Source: Bacteroides sp. (GTDB lineage Bacteria > Bacteroidota > Bacteroidia > Bacteroidales > Muribaculaceae). From it: a stretch of 64,000 bases of DNA. A program made the translations under genes and the position numbers. Shown here piece by piece: positions 29,288 to 38,526 of this stretch. The DNA lies in contig JAMPBC010000001.1 of NCBI GenBank assembly GCA_023666905.1, positions 593,542 to 657,541 on the forward strand, read 5' to 3'. Numbering within the stretch: position 1 is the first letter of the stretch; every line of letters begins with the position of its first letter. Under the pieces are notes generated by a model. The model had not been told where the DNA came from. It worked only from the letters and a program-made list of their open reading frames with translations, and ran no database searches.

Positions 29288-30451
29288 TTAGTTTTGAGTT
29301 GTTACTGAATCAGTTGCTGTTTGGGGTTGTGCGGGAACGCCATCGGCTTCCATGGCAGCGTCGTCCTGCGGCATGGCTGCTTCTGCGCCAACCATGGACT
29401 CTTGGGCCTGACGGTCCAAGCTCATGAATTGCATGGCCATGTTCTGAAGATTGCGCAAGCCTTGTGACATGGGAACGTCGGGGCACTGCTTTTTGTAAGC
29501 ATTTACAATGTTGTTAGCTTTTTCAATGAAAGCGGGAGCTGCCTCTTTGAGGTAGTTCATTTCAGTTTCCCGAGCTTTATTCTGCAGCTGCATCATTGCT
29601 CCCTGGTCGCCACTCATCTGCACGGCTTCAAATTCGGCCTGGAGGGGTGAAAGGGCTTTGGCATAGTTGGCTTCAAAATCTTCGGTGATTTTTTCAGCCT
29701 GCTTGTTCCATGATTCAGCATATTGCTCCTGAAGAGTGGTGTCAGTGAGATATGAGCGGTTGGTTGCCATTACGGAGAACACAACGGCCTGAGCAATGAA
29801 GCATATAACAACAATTGAAGTCCACCAGAGGCCGATGGTTTTGAGGCGGTTGATCCAAACGTCGTTGTTCCATCCGCATGACTGGAACATTGACCAGAAT
29901 CCGTGGTTCATGTGGAACCAAAGGGCCACGAAACCAATGATGTAGACAATGGGAGTCCAGATTTGCGAGAAGGCCATTTGGAGGAAGAGTGTACCCATGG
30001 CCGGCTGGGCGGGAACGCCGTCGATTTGGGGCAGGGCAGACAGGTCTGCGTGAATGAGCTCCTGAAGCTGCATTTTTGCCCAGAATTGAATAAGGTGTAC
30101 CACAAGGAATGCAAGAATCACAATGCCGAGCACGAGCATGTTTTGTGACGACCATTCCACCTGAGGAGGCTTGGAAACCACGTTGTAGCGGTCGTTGCCA
30201 CGAGCCTTGCGGTTTTGGATGGTGAGCCAAACGGCATAAATAATGTGGATGATGAAGAGCAGGGCAAGGCCGGCTGATGCTACCAACGCATACCAATTGG
30301 CGCCCAAAAATTCGCAGACGTCATTGTAGGCAGCGGGGTTGAACAGCGCTACTGCATTCATCACCGCATGGAAGGTTACGAACAGGATAAGGCAAGCTCC
30401 GGTGATTGACATCACAAGCTTCCTACCCACGGATGAACATGTTAACCACAT
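29288..30451 (-). CDS. frdC: Fumarate reductase cytochrome b subunit with a hydrophilic C-terminal extension of about 160 aa
   Basis: The N-terminal roughly 230 aa are a 5-TM cytochrome b, FrdC-like. Residues about 230-387 are a Q/A/M/E-rich, predicted helical, non-membrane extension in the same frame, with no stop. Confidence 0.8.
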   Translation of the reverse strand: MWLTCSSVGRKLVMSITGACLILFVTFHAVMNAVALFNPAAYNDVCEFLGANWYALVASAGLALLFIIHIIYAVWLTIQNRKARGNDRYNVVSKPPQVEWSSQNMLVLGIVILAFLVVHLIQFWAKMQLQELIHADLSALPQIDGVPAQPAMGTLFLQMAFSQIWTPIVYIIGFVALWFHMNHGFWSMFQSCGWNNDVWINRLKTIGLWWTSIVVICFIAQAVVFSVMATNRSYLTDTTLQEQYAESWNKQAEKITEDFEANYAKALSPLQAEFEAVQMSGDQGAMMQLQNKARETEMNYLKEAAPAFIEKANNIVNAYKKQCPDVPMSQGLRNLQNMAMQFMSLDRQAQESMVGAEAAMPQDDAAMEADGVPAQPQTATDSVTTQN

Positions 30452-30583
30452 AGCAGTTAGGGATTTAGTATTGATATAAAATTAGAAATGAAATTCATGG
30501 TTCATTCAATAAGTGCAAAATTAAAATAAATTAACCGTATCAGCAAATTTATTTTGGCTTTTCAATCATGGTGCCAAATGGGT

Positions 30584-31312
30584 TTACAATGAGCGCAACA
30601 CATCAAGGGAGCGTATGGCAGGCAGCGGGGCATAGTGCATGGAAATGTAGTCCAGCTCGGTGTCAATGAGGCGAGCGCGTTGGTTTCGGGTCAGATGCCA
30701 CAGGTGCATGTTGCGGTAGGTGAGTCGCGAGAGTGTCCACACGGCAGTGGCTTCTTCGCCGGTAACAAAATTGGTGTGGAGCGGTGCCGACAGACGAAAG
30801 CGTCCATCGCGCAAGTCAAACACACGCCCCGGGCCGTATTCCGCCACGTCAGGAGCAATTCCGAGACATCGGGACAGGCCGAACAGGAAGCAAACGTGGA
30901 AGTTGGCCACCCGGGCCGGAGGTAGCTCGTTGAGCCGGCCTATGCTTGAAGCTATGAAATGCCACAATGCGGGTTCCGGAGGGCCTTCGCGCAAAACGCC
31001 ACTCAATGTTTCGGCCAAAAACATGGCCACAGCGCTTTTAACCGGGTGTGAGTAGATGGAATGAAGCGCCGCGTCGGCATGGACGCTACGCATGGAATGA
31101 ACTTCGCGGTCGGGGCTTATGTCGGCTTCACATTCCACAACCGATAGAGGCATCAGAAGTGCCCGAAGCCGGGAAGCGCTTTTGCCCGAACCTGCAGTGA
31201 CGGCCATGGCGACGCGTCCCCGTTCAAGCGAGTAGCCTATAAATATATTGTGCTTCTCGTTGTGGCGGATTGTGCGCAGTGCAATTATGTGAAGTGTCTG
31301 TTTCATTTGCAT
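30584..31312 (-). CDS. recO: DNA repair protein RecO
   Basis: About 243 aa from the internal Met MQMKQTLHIIALRTIRHNEKHNIFIGYSLERGRV (OB-fold N-terminus typical of RecO) and a C-terminal helical domain. Called from this family-level similarity, so less certain. Confidence 0.6.
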   Translation of the reverse strand: MQMKQTLHIIALRTIRHNEKHNIFIGYSLERGRVAMAVTAGSGKSASRLRALLMPLSVVECEADISPDREVHSMRSVHADAALHSIYSHPVKSAVAMFLAETLSGVLREGPPEPALWHFIASSIGRLNELPPARVANFHVCFLFGLSRCLGIAPDVAEYGPGRVFDLRDGRFRLSAPLHTNFVTGEEATAVWTLSRLTYRNMHLWHLTRNQRARLIDTELDYISMHYAPLPAIRSLDVLRSL

Positions 31313-31398
31313 GATCCTGTGCAGGACGAACGCAAAGATAACTTTTTTATCTGAGAAATAGCGTAGCGGTTCTTTCAAAAGTTTGTAAATTTGCCGTG

Positions 31399-32556
31399 AT
31401 GAAAAGAAAAGTTTGCATAGTGACCGGCACCCGTGCCGAATGGGGATTGCTCTCGCCCATTGCCGCAGGTCTCAAGCAGCGGGACGATGTGGAGTTGCAG
31501 ATTGTGGCCACCAACATGCATCTGCTTCAGCGCTACGGCCATACAATTGATACCATTCGGGCCGAAGGGTTTACGGTTTGCGAGGAGGTCCCGATGGAGG
31601 CGACCACGGACTCTCCGGCCGATACTGCAGTCGCAATGGGCCGGTGTACAGCCGGAATGGCCGACGCTTTTGCCAGAATCAAGCCGGACATGGTGGTGAT
31701 TTTGGGCGATCGTTACGAAATGTTGGCAGTGGCTTCGGCAGCCGCAGTGATGCGCATTCCCATTGTGCATCTTCATGGCGGAGAGGTGTCCGAAGGGGCG
31801 ATTGACGATTCCATCCGCCATGCCATTACCAAACTTTCAGCTCTTCACCTCACCTCGGCCGAAACTCACCGCCGTCGGGTGATTCAGATGGGTGAAAATC
31901 CCGACATGGTGTTCAACATTGGAGCTGTAGGCGTGGCCAATGTTCTTGCCGTGGAGCCGCTTCCCAAGGAGGATCTGGAAAGCTTTTTGGGCGTAAATCT
32001 CAACAGACGGTCACTCATCGTGACCTACCATCCTGCCACGGCCTGCTCTCAGTCACCGGCGCAACTGTTCGGAAATCTGCTTGAGGCATTGGAGAAGTTC
32101 CCTGATTCAAACGTGGTGTTCACCTATCCTAACAATGATGCCCGCGGTGCCGCTATTATTGGTGAAATCAATGACTTTGTGCGCTCTCACCCCGGCCGTG
32201 CAGTTGCTTTCCCTTCGCTTGGAATGAAGCGCTATCTGTCGGCATTGCACTATGTGGGAGCTGCTGTGGGGAATTCGTCGAGCGGTATTATAGAGGTGCC
32301 CTCCATGGGCATCCCCACGGTGGACATCGGTCCCCGTCAGTCGGGCAGGTTAGCCGCTGAGTCGGTGATACACTGCTCCGATACTGTTCAGGATATTACG
32401 GACTCAATCCGGCGCGCGCTTTCCGATGAGATGCAGCAGTTTGCGGCCCACGCGGTGAACCCTTATTCCAAGCCCGGCACTGTGGCCGAGGCTGTGCGCC
32501 TCATTGCGGAAACCCCGCTTGTGAACCTTAGACATAAAAGTTTTCACGACTTTTAA
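31399..32556 (+). CDS. neuC: UDP-N-acetylglucosamine 2-epimerase, hydrolysing (NeuC family)
   Basis: 386 aa. N-terminal KVCIVTGTRAEWGLLSPI and the overall NeuC/WecB fold. It is the hydrolysing type because it lacks the WecB C-terminal signature and resembles NeuC throughout. Confidence 0.75.
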   Translation: MKRKVCIVTGTRAEWGLLSPIAAGLKQRDDVELQIVATNMHLLQRYGHTIDTIRAEGFTVCEEVPMEATTDSPADTAVAMGRCTAGMADAFARIKPDMVVILGDRYEMLAVASAAAVMRIPIVHLHGGEVSEGAIDDSIRHAITKLSALHLTSAETHRRRVIQMGENPDMVFNIGAVGVANVLAVEPLPKEDLESFLGVNLNRRSLIVTYHPATACSQSPAQLFGNLLEALEKFPDSNVVFTYPNNDARGAAIIGEINDFVRSHPGRAVAFPSLGMKRYLSALHYVGAAVGNSSSGIIEVPSMGIPTVDIGPRQSGRLAAESVIHCSDTVQDITDSIRRALSDEMQQFAAHAVNPYSKPGTVAEAVRLIAETPLVNLRHKSFHDF

Positions 32557-32655
32557 CACCGCCAGCCTGTATCTCCGGCAAAAGTGTTAAATTAAGCCGG
32601 TTGCACTTGTTGCATCCGCATTACATCTATATGATTTGGATGTTTCCGCGTTTTC

Positions 32656-33816
32656 GTGCAACTTTGCATTGTGAGCAAATTATTATCCAACATATTGAAA
32701 TCCAAATTGCAATTTAATTCGCGCAAACTCACGTTTGTGTCAATCCACATTGTGGCTCTGTTGCTGCTCTTCATTGTGCCGGTGGCTTTCATGACATTGT
32801 CAAGCGAGAAAAACAACCCCATGGTGATTGACATTTACGCGAAGGCCTTGATTTGGGTGGCGACTTTTTATGCGAGCTACTATCTTATCACAGACCCTAC
32901 AACCGGTAAGACCCACGCCATTGCAAAATTCGCATTTCAGATTCTGCTTACAGCGGCCATTGCCGTTGCGGCGCAATATGTGGTTCACGTTCTGTGTCAT
33001 CTCATGGGGCATGGACCGGGTCCGCATCACATGGGTCCGCATCATCAGCCTCCGCCTCGCGGAGTGCGCTACGTTCCGGTAATGCAAAACATTTTGGTGA
33101 CACTGCTCACCATAGGGCTGGGGCAGGCCATTAAATTTATGTATCGTTCTTATCGCTCCGAGCAGCAGCGGCGCGAAATTCAGGCCCGTGAACGCGAAAC
33201 TGAACTGAAGATGCTTAAAGCGCAATTGAAACCTCACTTCCTTTTCAATTCGCTCAACACCATCTACGCACTGATTGACATTAATCCTGAAAAAGCCAAG
33301 GTAGCCACGCACAGCCTGAGCAAGCTGCTGCGCTACACGCTCAACGACATACTCACCCCCGTGACTCTCAGCGAGGAAGTTCGCTTCCTTAACAATTACA
33401 TTGACCTGATGAAACTACGCATGTCGGCTGCATTTCCGGTTTCGGTGCTGATTGATGTGGGTGAGTGTGAGAATGTGCAGGTGGCACCGATGCTGTTTCT
33501 CAACATTGTGGAAAATGCATTCAAACATGGGTTGAATGCGGCAACTCCCGGAAAAATTGAAATATCCATAACGGCCAATGATAATAAGGTGAGATGCATC
33601 ACCCGGAACCCGTTCGGTGGTGCATCCGGTTCGCCCGGCGAGAGTAATGGTATAGGCATTAGCAATTTGCGTCGCCGCCTGTCGCTGCTATATCCCAATC
33701 GCCACTCCTTGACAATGGGTGCGGCCGGAAACTTTTACGTTGTCGACCTTATGATTGACATATCCACCGGTCCGACAATGACCCTTGAATCACTTAACCC
33801 AACAAACAATCTCTGA
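32656..33816 (+). CDS. LytS/YehU-family sensor histidine kinase (His_kinase PF06580 plus HATPase_c) with an N-terminal TM region
   Basis: Conserved H-box region LKAQLKPHFLFNSLNTIYALI and ATPase N/G boxes. 3-4 TM helices with a His/Pro/Gly-rich loop HLMGHGPGPHHMGPHHQPPP. The start codon is uncertain; the ORF track start is GTG. Confidence 0.8.
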   Translation: MQLCIVSKLLSNILKSKLQFNSRKLTFVSIHIVALLLLFIVPVAFMTLSSEKNNPMVIDIYAKALIWVATFYASYYLITDPTTGKTHAIAKFAFQILLTAAIAVAAQYVVHVLCHLMGHGPGPHHMGPHHQPPPRGVRYVPVMQNILVTLLTIGLGQAIKFMYRSYRSEQQRREIQARERETELKMLKAQLKPHFLFNSLNTIYALIDINPEKAKVATHSLSKLLRYTLNDILTPVTLSEEVRFLNNYIDLMKLRMSAAFPVSVLIDVGECENVQVAPMLFLNIVENAFKHGLNAATPGKIEISITANDNKVRCITRNPFGGASGSPGESNGIGISNLRRRLSLLYPNRHSLTMGAAGNFYVVDLMIDISTGPTMTLESLNPTNNL

Positions 33817-33821
33817 ACGCC

Positions 33822-34547
33822 ATGAATAAAATAAAATGCTGCGTGATTGACGATGAGCCTCTTGCAGCCCGGTTAATATCAAGTTACATACAGCGAATCC
33901 CGTTTTTGGAGGATGTGGGCTCGTTCTCCTCGGCTCAGGAAGCTGTGAAAATGGTTGTTGACAAAAAGGTCGATCTCATTTTCCTCGACATTAACATGCC
34001 GCAGCTCAACGGACTTGAATTTGCCCGCATTGTTCCCTCCACAACAAGGGTTATATTCACCACGGCCTATGAGAACTATGCCCTTGAAAGCTTTAAGGTA
34101 AACGCTCTTGATTACCTTATGAAACCCATCAGCTTCGAGGAGTTTGGCAAATCGGCCGGGCGGGCTTTAAATTATTTTCAATCCATGGACACTCCCGCAC
34201 GTGAGGAACTTGATTCCATAATTGTGAAAAGCGAGTATAAGCTGTTGCAGATTCCGGTTGACGATATTATATATGTAGAGGGGCTGAAGGACTATGTGAA
34301 AATACGCACGAAAGATTCCTCGGTGATGACGCTGCTCAACATCAAGGCCATTGAACGCTCGCTGCCACAGTCTAAATTCATGCGGGTTCACCGTTCGTTT
34401 ATTGTCAACAAGCAGAAAATCACCGTTATAGAGCGTAACCGCATTGTGTTCGGCAATGTCTACATACCCATTAGCGAAAGTTACAAGCAGGCCTTTTCCG
34501 AGTTTGTCAGCGCCCGGTTGGTGGGCAGCGGCCCGCGGTCCGAATAG
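33822..34547 (+). CDS. LytTR-family response regulator
   Basis: 241 aa. Receiver domain (DDEPLA...D54-type) plus a C-terminal LytTR DNA-binding domain. 5 nt after the kinase gene. Confidence 0.85.
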   Translation: MNKIKCCVIDDEPLAARLISSYIQRIPFLEDVGSFSSAQEAVKMVVDKKVDLIFLDINMPQLNGLEFARIVPSTTRVIFTTAYENYALESFKVNALDYLMKPISFEEFGKSAGRALNYFQSMDTPAREELDSIIVKSEYKLLQIPVDDIIYVEGLKDYVKIRTKDSSVMTLLNIKAIERSLPQSKFMRVHRSFIVNKQKITVIERNRIVFGNVYIPISESYKQAFSEFVSARLVGSGPRSE

Positions 34548-34571
34548 TTTGTATCTGTGGGCATTTGTGCT

Positions 34572-34579
34572 TATCTTTG
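34572..34579 (+). promoter_or_regulatory. Candidate -7 box TATCTTTG for the acyltransferase gene
   Basis: TAnnTTTG match 21 nt upstream of ATG 34601, directly after the LytTR stop. Confidence 0.4.
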
Positions 34580-34600
34580 CAGCAGCAAACAGTAATTGAA

Positions 34601-35425
34601 ATGCCGGCCGATTTAATAGAAATCAATCTGTCACAAGTAATTTCCTCGCGTTTGCCACGTTACAGCCGTTTCATTCCCCGGTGTGTTGTAAGGTGGTTGG
34701 AACGCGTTATTTGTCAAGCTCAACTCAATGAGATGCTGCGGGTTAACCGGGGCAAGCGTGATGCGGAGTTTTGCCGCGGCGTGCTGGAGCATCTGGGCAT
34801 AACCTATTCGGTTGCGGGTGAAGAGCTGATGCCTGAAAGTGGCAGGGCGGTGTTTGTGTGCAATCACCCGCTGGGAGGTCTTGACGGCATGATGCTCATT
34901 GATTTCCTTTCACGCAGATATGGTTCCGGAATGAAGTTTATTGTCAACGATTTGCTCATGGCAATAGAGCCGCTGAGGGGCGTTTTTCTGCCTGTGAACA
35001 AGCTTGGGAAGCAGTCGCGCGAGTCGCTACGTGAAATTGACAAAGCTTTTGAAAGTGACGCTCCGGTAATGATTTTTCCGGCCGGATTGGTGTCGCGGAA
35101 AGGTAAGGGAGGCGTTATTGCCGACCTTGAGTGGCAGAAAATGTTCGTGAACAAAGCCATTGCCTCGCACCGCGATATAATTCCAATGCACTTTAGCGGT
35201 CATAATTCAAAGTTTTTTTATAATTTTGCAAAACTAAGAACGCAATTGGGCATTCCGCTTAACATTGAAATGGTGCGCTTGCCGGCCGAAGTGTTCCGCT
35301 GCTGCGGCAAGCACTTCAGCATCAATGTTGGAAACGCTGTGAAATGGCAGAATCTGAAAGGCGGGCCTATGGCAGCCAAGGAAGCGCTTGCCATCCGTGA
35401 GATTTGTTACTCGCTCGGCTCTTAA
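34601..35425 (+). CDS. Lysophospholipid (PlsC-family) acyltransferase, GlsA/OlsA-like O-acyltransferase for N-acyl amino-acid lipids
   Basis: NHxxxxD acyltransferase motif (FVCNHPLGGLDG) and PlsC-like fold. Adjacent to the hemolysin-like N-acyltransferase, as in the Bacteroides glsB/glsA glycine-lipid genes. Confidence 0.7.
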   Translation: MPADLIEINLSQVISSRLPRYSRFIPRCVVRWLERVICQAQLNEMLRVNRGKRDAEFCRGVLEHLGITYSVAGEELMPESGRAVFVCNHPLGGLDGMMLIDFLSRRYGSGMKFIVNDLLMAIEPLRGVFLPVNKLGKQSRESLREIDKAFESDAPVMIFPAGLVSRKGKGGVIADLEWQKMFVNKAIASHRDIIPMHFSGHNSKFFYNFAKLRTQLGIPLNIEMVRLPAEVFRCCGKHFSINVGNAVKWQNLKGGPMAAKEALAIREICYSLGS

Positions 35426-35492
35426 GGAGTGCCCCGTTGAAGTTTCTGGCTGAGTCAACGAATGAGTAAGTATCAAGTCGTAACCAATTGAA

Positions 35493-36422
35493 ATGAATCA
35501 GGAAATAATCCCGCCCGTGCCATTGAGCCTTCTGAAAGCCGAACTTACGGCTGACCGCTTGCTGCGCGTGAGCAACCGGGCCGGCAACGAGATTTATGTT
35601 GTTGACGGACGCGAGGCCCCCAATGTGATGCGCGAAATTGGCCGATTGCGTGAAATTGCCTTCCGCGCCGGTGGCGGTGGCACAGGCAAAGATTGCGACA
35701 TTGATGAGTTCGATTTGATGGATACCCCCTGCAAGCAGCTCATTGTGTGGAATCCGGAGTCGCAGCAAATAATCGGGGGCTACCGATACATTACCGGTCG
35801 TGACATTGCTTTTCTGCCTGACGGAACTCCCCGTATAGCCACGGCTCACATGTTTCGTTTCTCGGAACGATTCTTGCGCGAATATCTGCCCAACACCATT
35901 GAACTCGGACGCTCCTTTGTAAGGCTGGAGTATCAGAGCACGCGCGCCGGCAACAAAGCCGTGTACACGCTCGATAATCTTTGGGACGGGCTTGGAGCTC
36001 TGACGGTTATACATCCCGATATAAAATATTTCTTTGGGAAAGTGACCATGTATCCCGGCTACGCTCGCGAATGCCGTAACATGATTCTCTATTTCCTAAA
36101 CCGTCATTTCCCGGACCCCGACAACCTTGTGCGCCCCATCACGCCGCTGGTCACTGACATTGACACCGAGGCTATGGCGCGGATTTTCACCGGGAAAGAC
36201 TTCCACGAGGATTATGCCATTCTGCACAAGGCCGTGCGTTCGCACGGGCTAAACATACCCCCGCTTGTGAATGCCTATATGAGTCTGTCGCCAACCATGA
36301 GAGTTTTCGGCACAGCCGTAAACACCGAGTTCGGAGATGTGGAGGAAACCGGCATATTCATTGCCTTCTCCGAGATTCTCGAAGCCAAAAAACGCAGGCA
36401 CATAGACTCCTACCAACCTTGA
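35493..36422 (+). CDS. Hemolysin-like GNAT N-acyltransferase (OlsB/GlsB-like), first step of glycine or ornithine lipid synthesis
   Basis: 309 aa, Acetyltransf_5/OlsB-like (GNEIYVVDGRE...REIAFRAGGGGTGKDCDIDEFD). Gene pairing matches established glycine-lipid and flavolipin loci of Bacteroidales. Confidence 0.7.
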   Translation: MNQEIIPPVPLSLLKAELTADRLLRVSNRAGNEIYVVDGREAPNVMREIGRLREIAFRAGGGGTGKDCDIDEFDLMDTPCKQLIVWNPESQQIIGGYRYITGRDIAFLPDGTPRIATAHMFRFSERFLREYLPNTIELGRSFVRLEYQSTRAGNKAVYTLDNLWDGLGALTVIHPDIKYFFGKVTMYPGYARECRNMILYFLNRHFPDPDNLVRPITPLVTDIDTEAMARIFTGKDFHEDYAILHKAVRSHGLNIPPLVNAYMSLSPTMRVFGTAVNTEFGDVEETGIFIAFSEILEAKKRRHIDSYQP

Positions 36423-36458
36423 TTAATCACTCTCCTAACAATACCACTCTCCCTGAAT

Positions 36459-37052
36459 ATGAGCCCAACTGACGAAGCTTTAAAATCACCTTTTCAACGC
36501 GGTGTTGACTGCGGTTGGATATTCGGCATATATTTTATGGCCATGTTTCTTGCATGGGTCTTTTCGGAATCCTTCACCGTGCTCTTCCTGTTGGTTCCCG
36601 TACTTGCCATCTGGTTCCCATTTATTGTTTACCGATTGCAAAAGTCTGAATATCAAATTAAGAATGCGGAGTTTTTAGGAATGCGTCCCTATGGGCCTTT
36701 TGAGGTTACCGATATGTGGATTTACGGCATTGTGATGATTTCATGCGGAACATTGATAAGTTCGGTGCTCATAATGGTGTACCTCAAGTGGATTGACCCC
36801 GAATATGTGGTGCGCCAGTTGCGCAGGGCCATTGAAGTGTATAATTCAACCTCCGACCCCTCACTCGCGCAGGCGGCGACAATGGCCCGCGCATTGATTG
36901 ACAATCAAGCCGTGCCAACAGCCTCGACAATCACCCTGTCGCTTGGGTTGTTTACTGTGGCGAGCGGTTCGCTGGTGGCCGGACTCATGGCCGTGTTGGT
37001 GAAACTTAGAAGCTATTCTTTTGGCAAAAAGCCTAAAACAATAAAAAAATAA
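36459..37052 (+). CDS. Small 4-TM membrane protein (DUF4199-like)
   Basis: 197 aa with four hydrophobic helices and a basic C-terminus. Immediately upstream of the GT2 gene with a 6-nt gap. Confidence 0.55.
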   Translation: MSPTDEALKSPFQRGVDCGWIFGIYFMAMFLAWVFSESFTVLFLLVPVLAIWFPFIVYRLQKSEYQIKNAEFLGMRPYGPFEVTDMWIYGIVMISCGTLISSVLIMVYLKWIDPEYVVRQLRRAIEVYNSTSDPSLAQAATMARALIDNQAVPTASTITLSLGLFTVASGSLVAGLMAVLVKLRSYSFGKKPKTIKK

Positions 37053-37058
37053 GAAGAA

Positions 37059-38030
37059 ATGGACATATCAGTTGTTGTACCATTATATAACGAAGCGGAA
37101 TCACTTCCCGAACTAGAGCAATGGATTGCCCGGGTGATGAAGGAGAACGGTTTCAGCTACGAGATTCTTTTCATAAACGACGGAAGTACTGATAACTCCT
37201 GGGACGTCGTGAAACAACTTGCAGCCAAAAATCCGGCTGTGAAAGGTGTTTGTTTCCGCAGAAACTACGGTAAATCGCCCGCGCTCAACACCGGATTCGC
37301 CCGGGCCAAAGGCGACGTGGTTATTACCATGGATGCCGACCTTCAGGACAGTCCCGATGAAATCCCCGAACTTTATCGCATGATAACTGCCGATGGCTTT
37401 GACTTGGTGAGCGGCTGGAAGCAGAAACGTTACGACCCGCTTTCCAAAACAATCCCAACCAAACTGTTCAATGCCACCGCGCGCAAAGTTTCGGGCATCA
37501 AAAATCTGCACGACTTTAATTGCGGGCTGAAAGCCTACAGGCAAAAAGTGGTGAAACACATTGAAGTTTACGGCGATATGCACCGCTATATTCCTTATCT
37601 TGCAAAGAACGCAGGTTTTAACAAAATTGGTGAGAAGGTGGTGCATCATCAGGCGCGAAAATATGGCAAATCAAAGTTCGGATTGGACCGTTTTGTCAAC
37701 GGTTACCTTGATTTGACCACCCTGTGGTTCACCAACCGCTTCGGAGTTAAGCCAATGCACTTTTTCGGACTCCTCGGAAGCTTGATGTTTGTGCTCGGTT
37801 TCATTGCCATTGTGGTGGTTGGAGCCATGAAGCTCTACAACATGCATGTGGGCAATGACTACAATCTTGTAACCGAATCGCCCTACTTCTATCTGGCTCT
37901 TGTGACCATGATTTTGGGCACACAACTGTTTCTCACCGGTTTCCTTGGTGAATTGATTGTTCGCAACTCCCCGCGGCGCAATGACTACGAGATTGAAGAG
38001 GAAATAACAGCTTCCGCCCCCGATGCATAA
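37059..38030 (+). CDS. GT2 polyprenyl-phosphate glycosyltransferase (Dpm1/GtrB/ArnC-like) with two C-terminal TM helices
   Basis: GT-A motifs VVPLYNE and DAD (ITMDADLQD), and C-terminal TM helices as in GtrB bactoprenol-phosphate glucosyltransferases. Confidence 0.85.
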   Translation: MDISVVVPLYNEAESLPELEQWIARVMKENGFSYEILFINDGSTDNSWDVVKQLAAKNPAVKGVCFRRNYGKSPALNTGFARAKGDVVITMDADLQDSPDEIPELYRMITADGFDLVSGWKQKRYDPLSKTIPTKLFNATARKVSGIKNLHDFNCGLKAYRQKVVKHIEVYGDMHRYIPYLAKNAGFNKIGEKVVHHQARKYGKSKFGLDRFVNGYLDLTTLWFTNRFGVKPMHFFGLLGSLMFVLGFIAIVVVGAMKLYNMHVGNDYNLVTESPYFYLALVTMILGTQLFLTGFLGELIVRNSPRRNDYEIEEEITASAPDA

Positions 38031-38511
38031 GATTCTGATACCTATATTGACCGTTGTGGCGCTGGCTCTTGCTGCCGGAAGTTGCAACACATCCGGTTGC
38101 ACCGACAATCAGAATGCCCTGCCCCTTGCCGGATTTTATTCATCCTCAACCGGCCAGGCCATTTCGGTGCCCGATTTGGAAATTTACGGTCAGGGTGTTC
38201 CCAACGACTCGGCTCTTTACAACACCGGCGCAGGCCTCTCGGAAGTGTACTTGCCTTTCCGTGCCGATAAGAGCGAGACAACTTACAACTTCAAGTATCT
38301 CCTTGCCGACAGTACCACTGTAACTGATAAGATTTCATTCACATACACCTCCGAGCCCTATTTCGCTTCCGAGGAGTGTGGTGCAATGTATTACTATCAC
38401 ATAAAATCACTCGGCTACACCACCAATTTGATTGACTCTGTGGTGATACTTGATTCATTGATAACCAACGTGGAGAACCAGCGCATTCACATTTATTTCA
38501 GAACCGAATAA
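38023..38511 (+). CDS. Lipoprotein of unknown function (DUF4827-like)
   Basis: Lipobox LAAGSC. 162 aa. Overlaps the GT2 stop by 8 nt, so it is likely co-transcribed. Confidence 0.5.
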   Translation: MHKILIPILTVVALALAAGSCNTSGCTDNQNALPLAGFYSSSTGQAISVPDLEIYGQGVPNDSALYNTGAGLSEVYLPFRADKSETTYNFKYLLADSTTVTDKISFTYTSEPYFASEECGAMYYYHIKSLGYTTNLIDSVVILDSLITNVENQRIHIYFRTE

Positions 38512-38526
38512 TAATCCAGGCAATCT

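Noticed and set aside
31375-31821. 148-aa minus-strand ORF overlapping the neuC start
   Set aside because: It overlaps the well-supported NeuC gene on the opposite strand. Its His/Cys/Arg-rich composition suggests an artefact. The recO gene upstream ends before this ORF begins.
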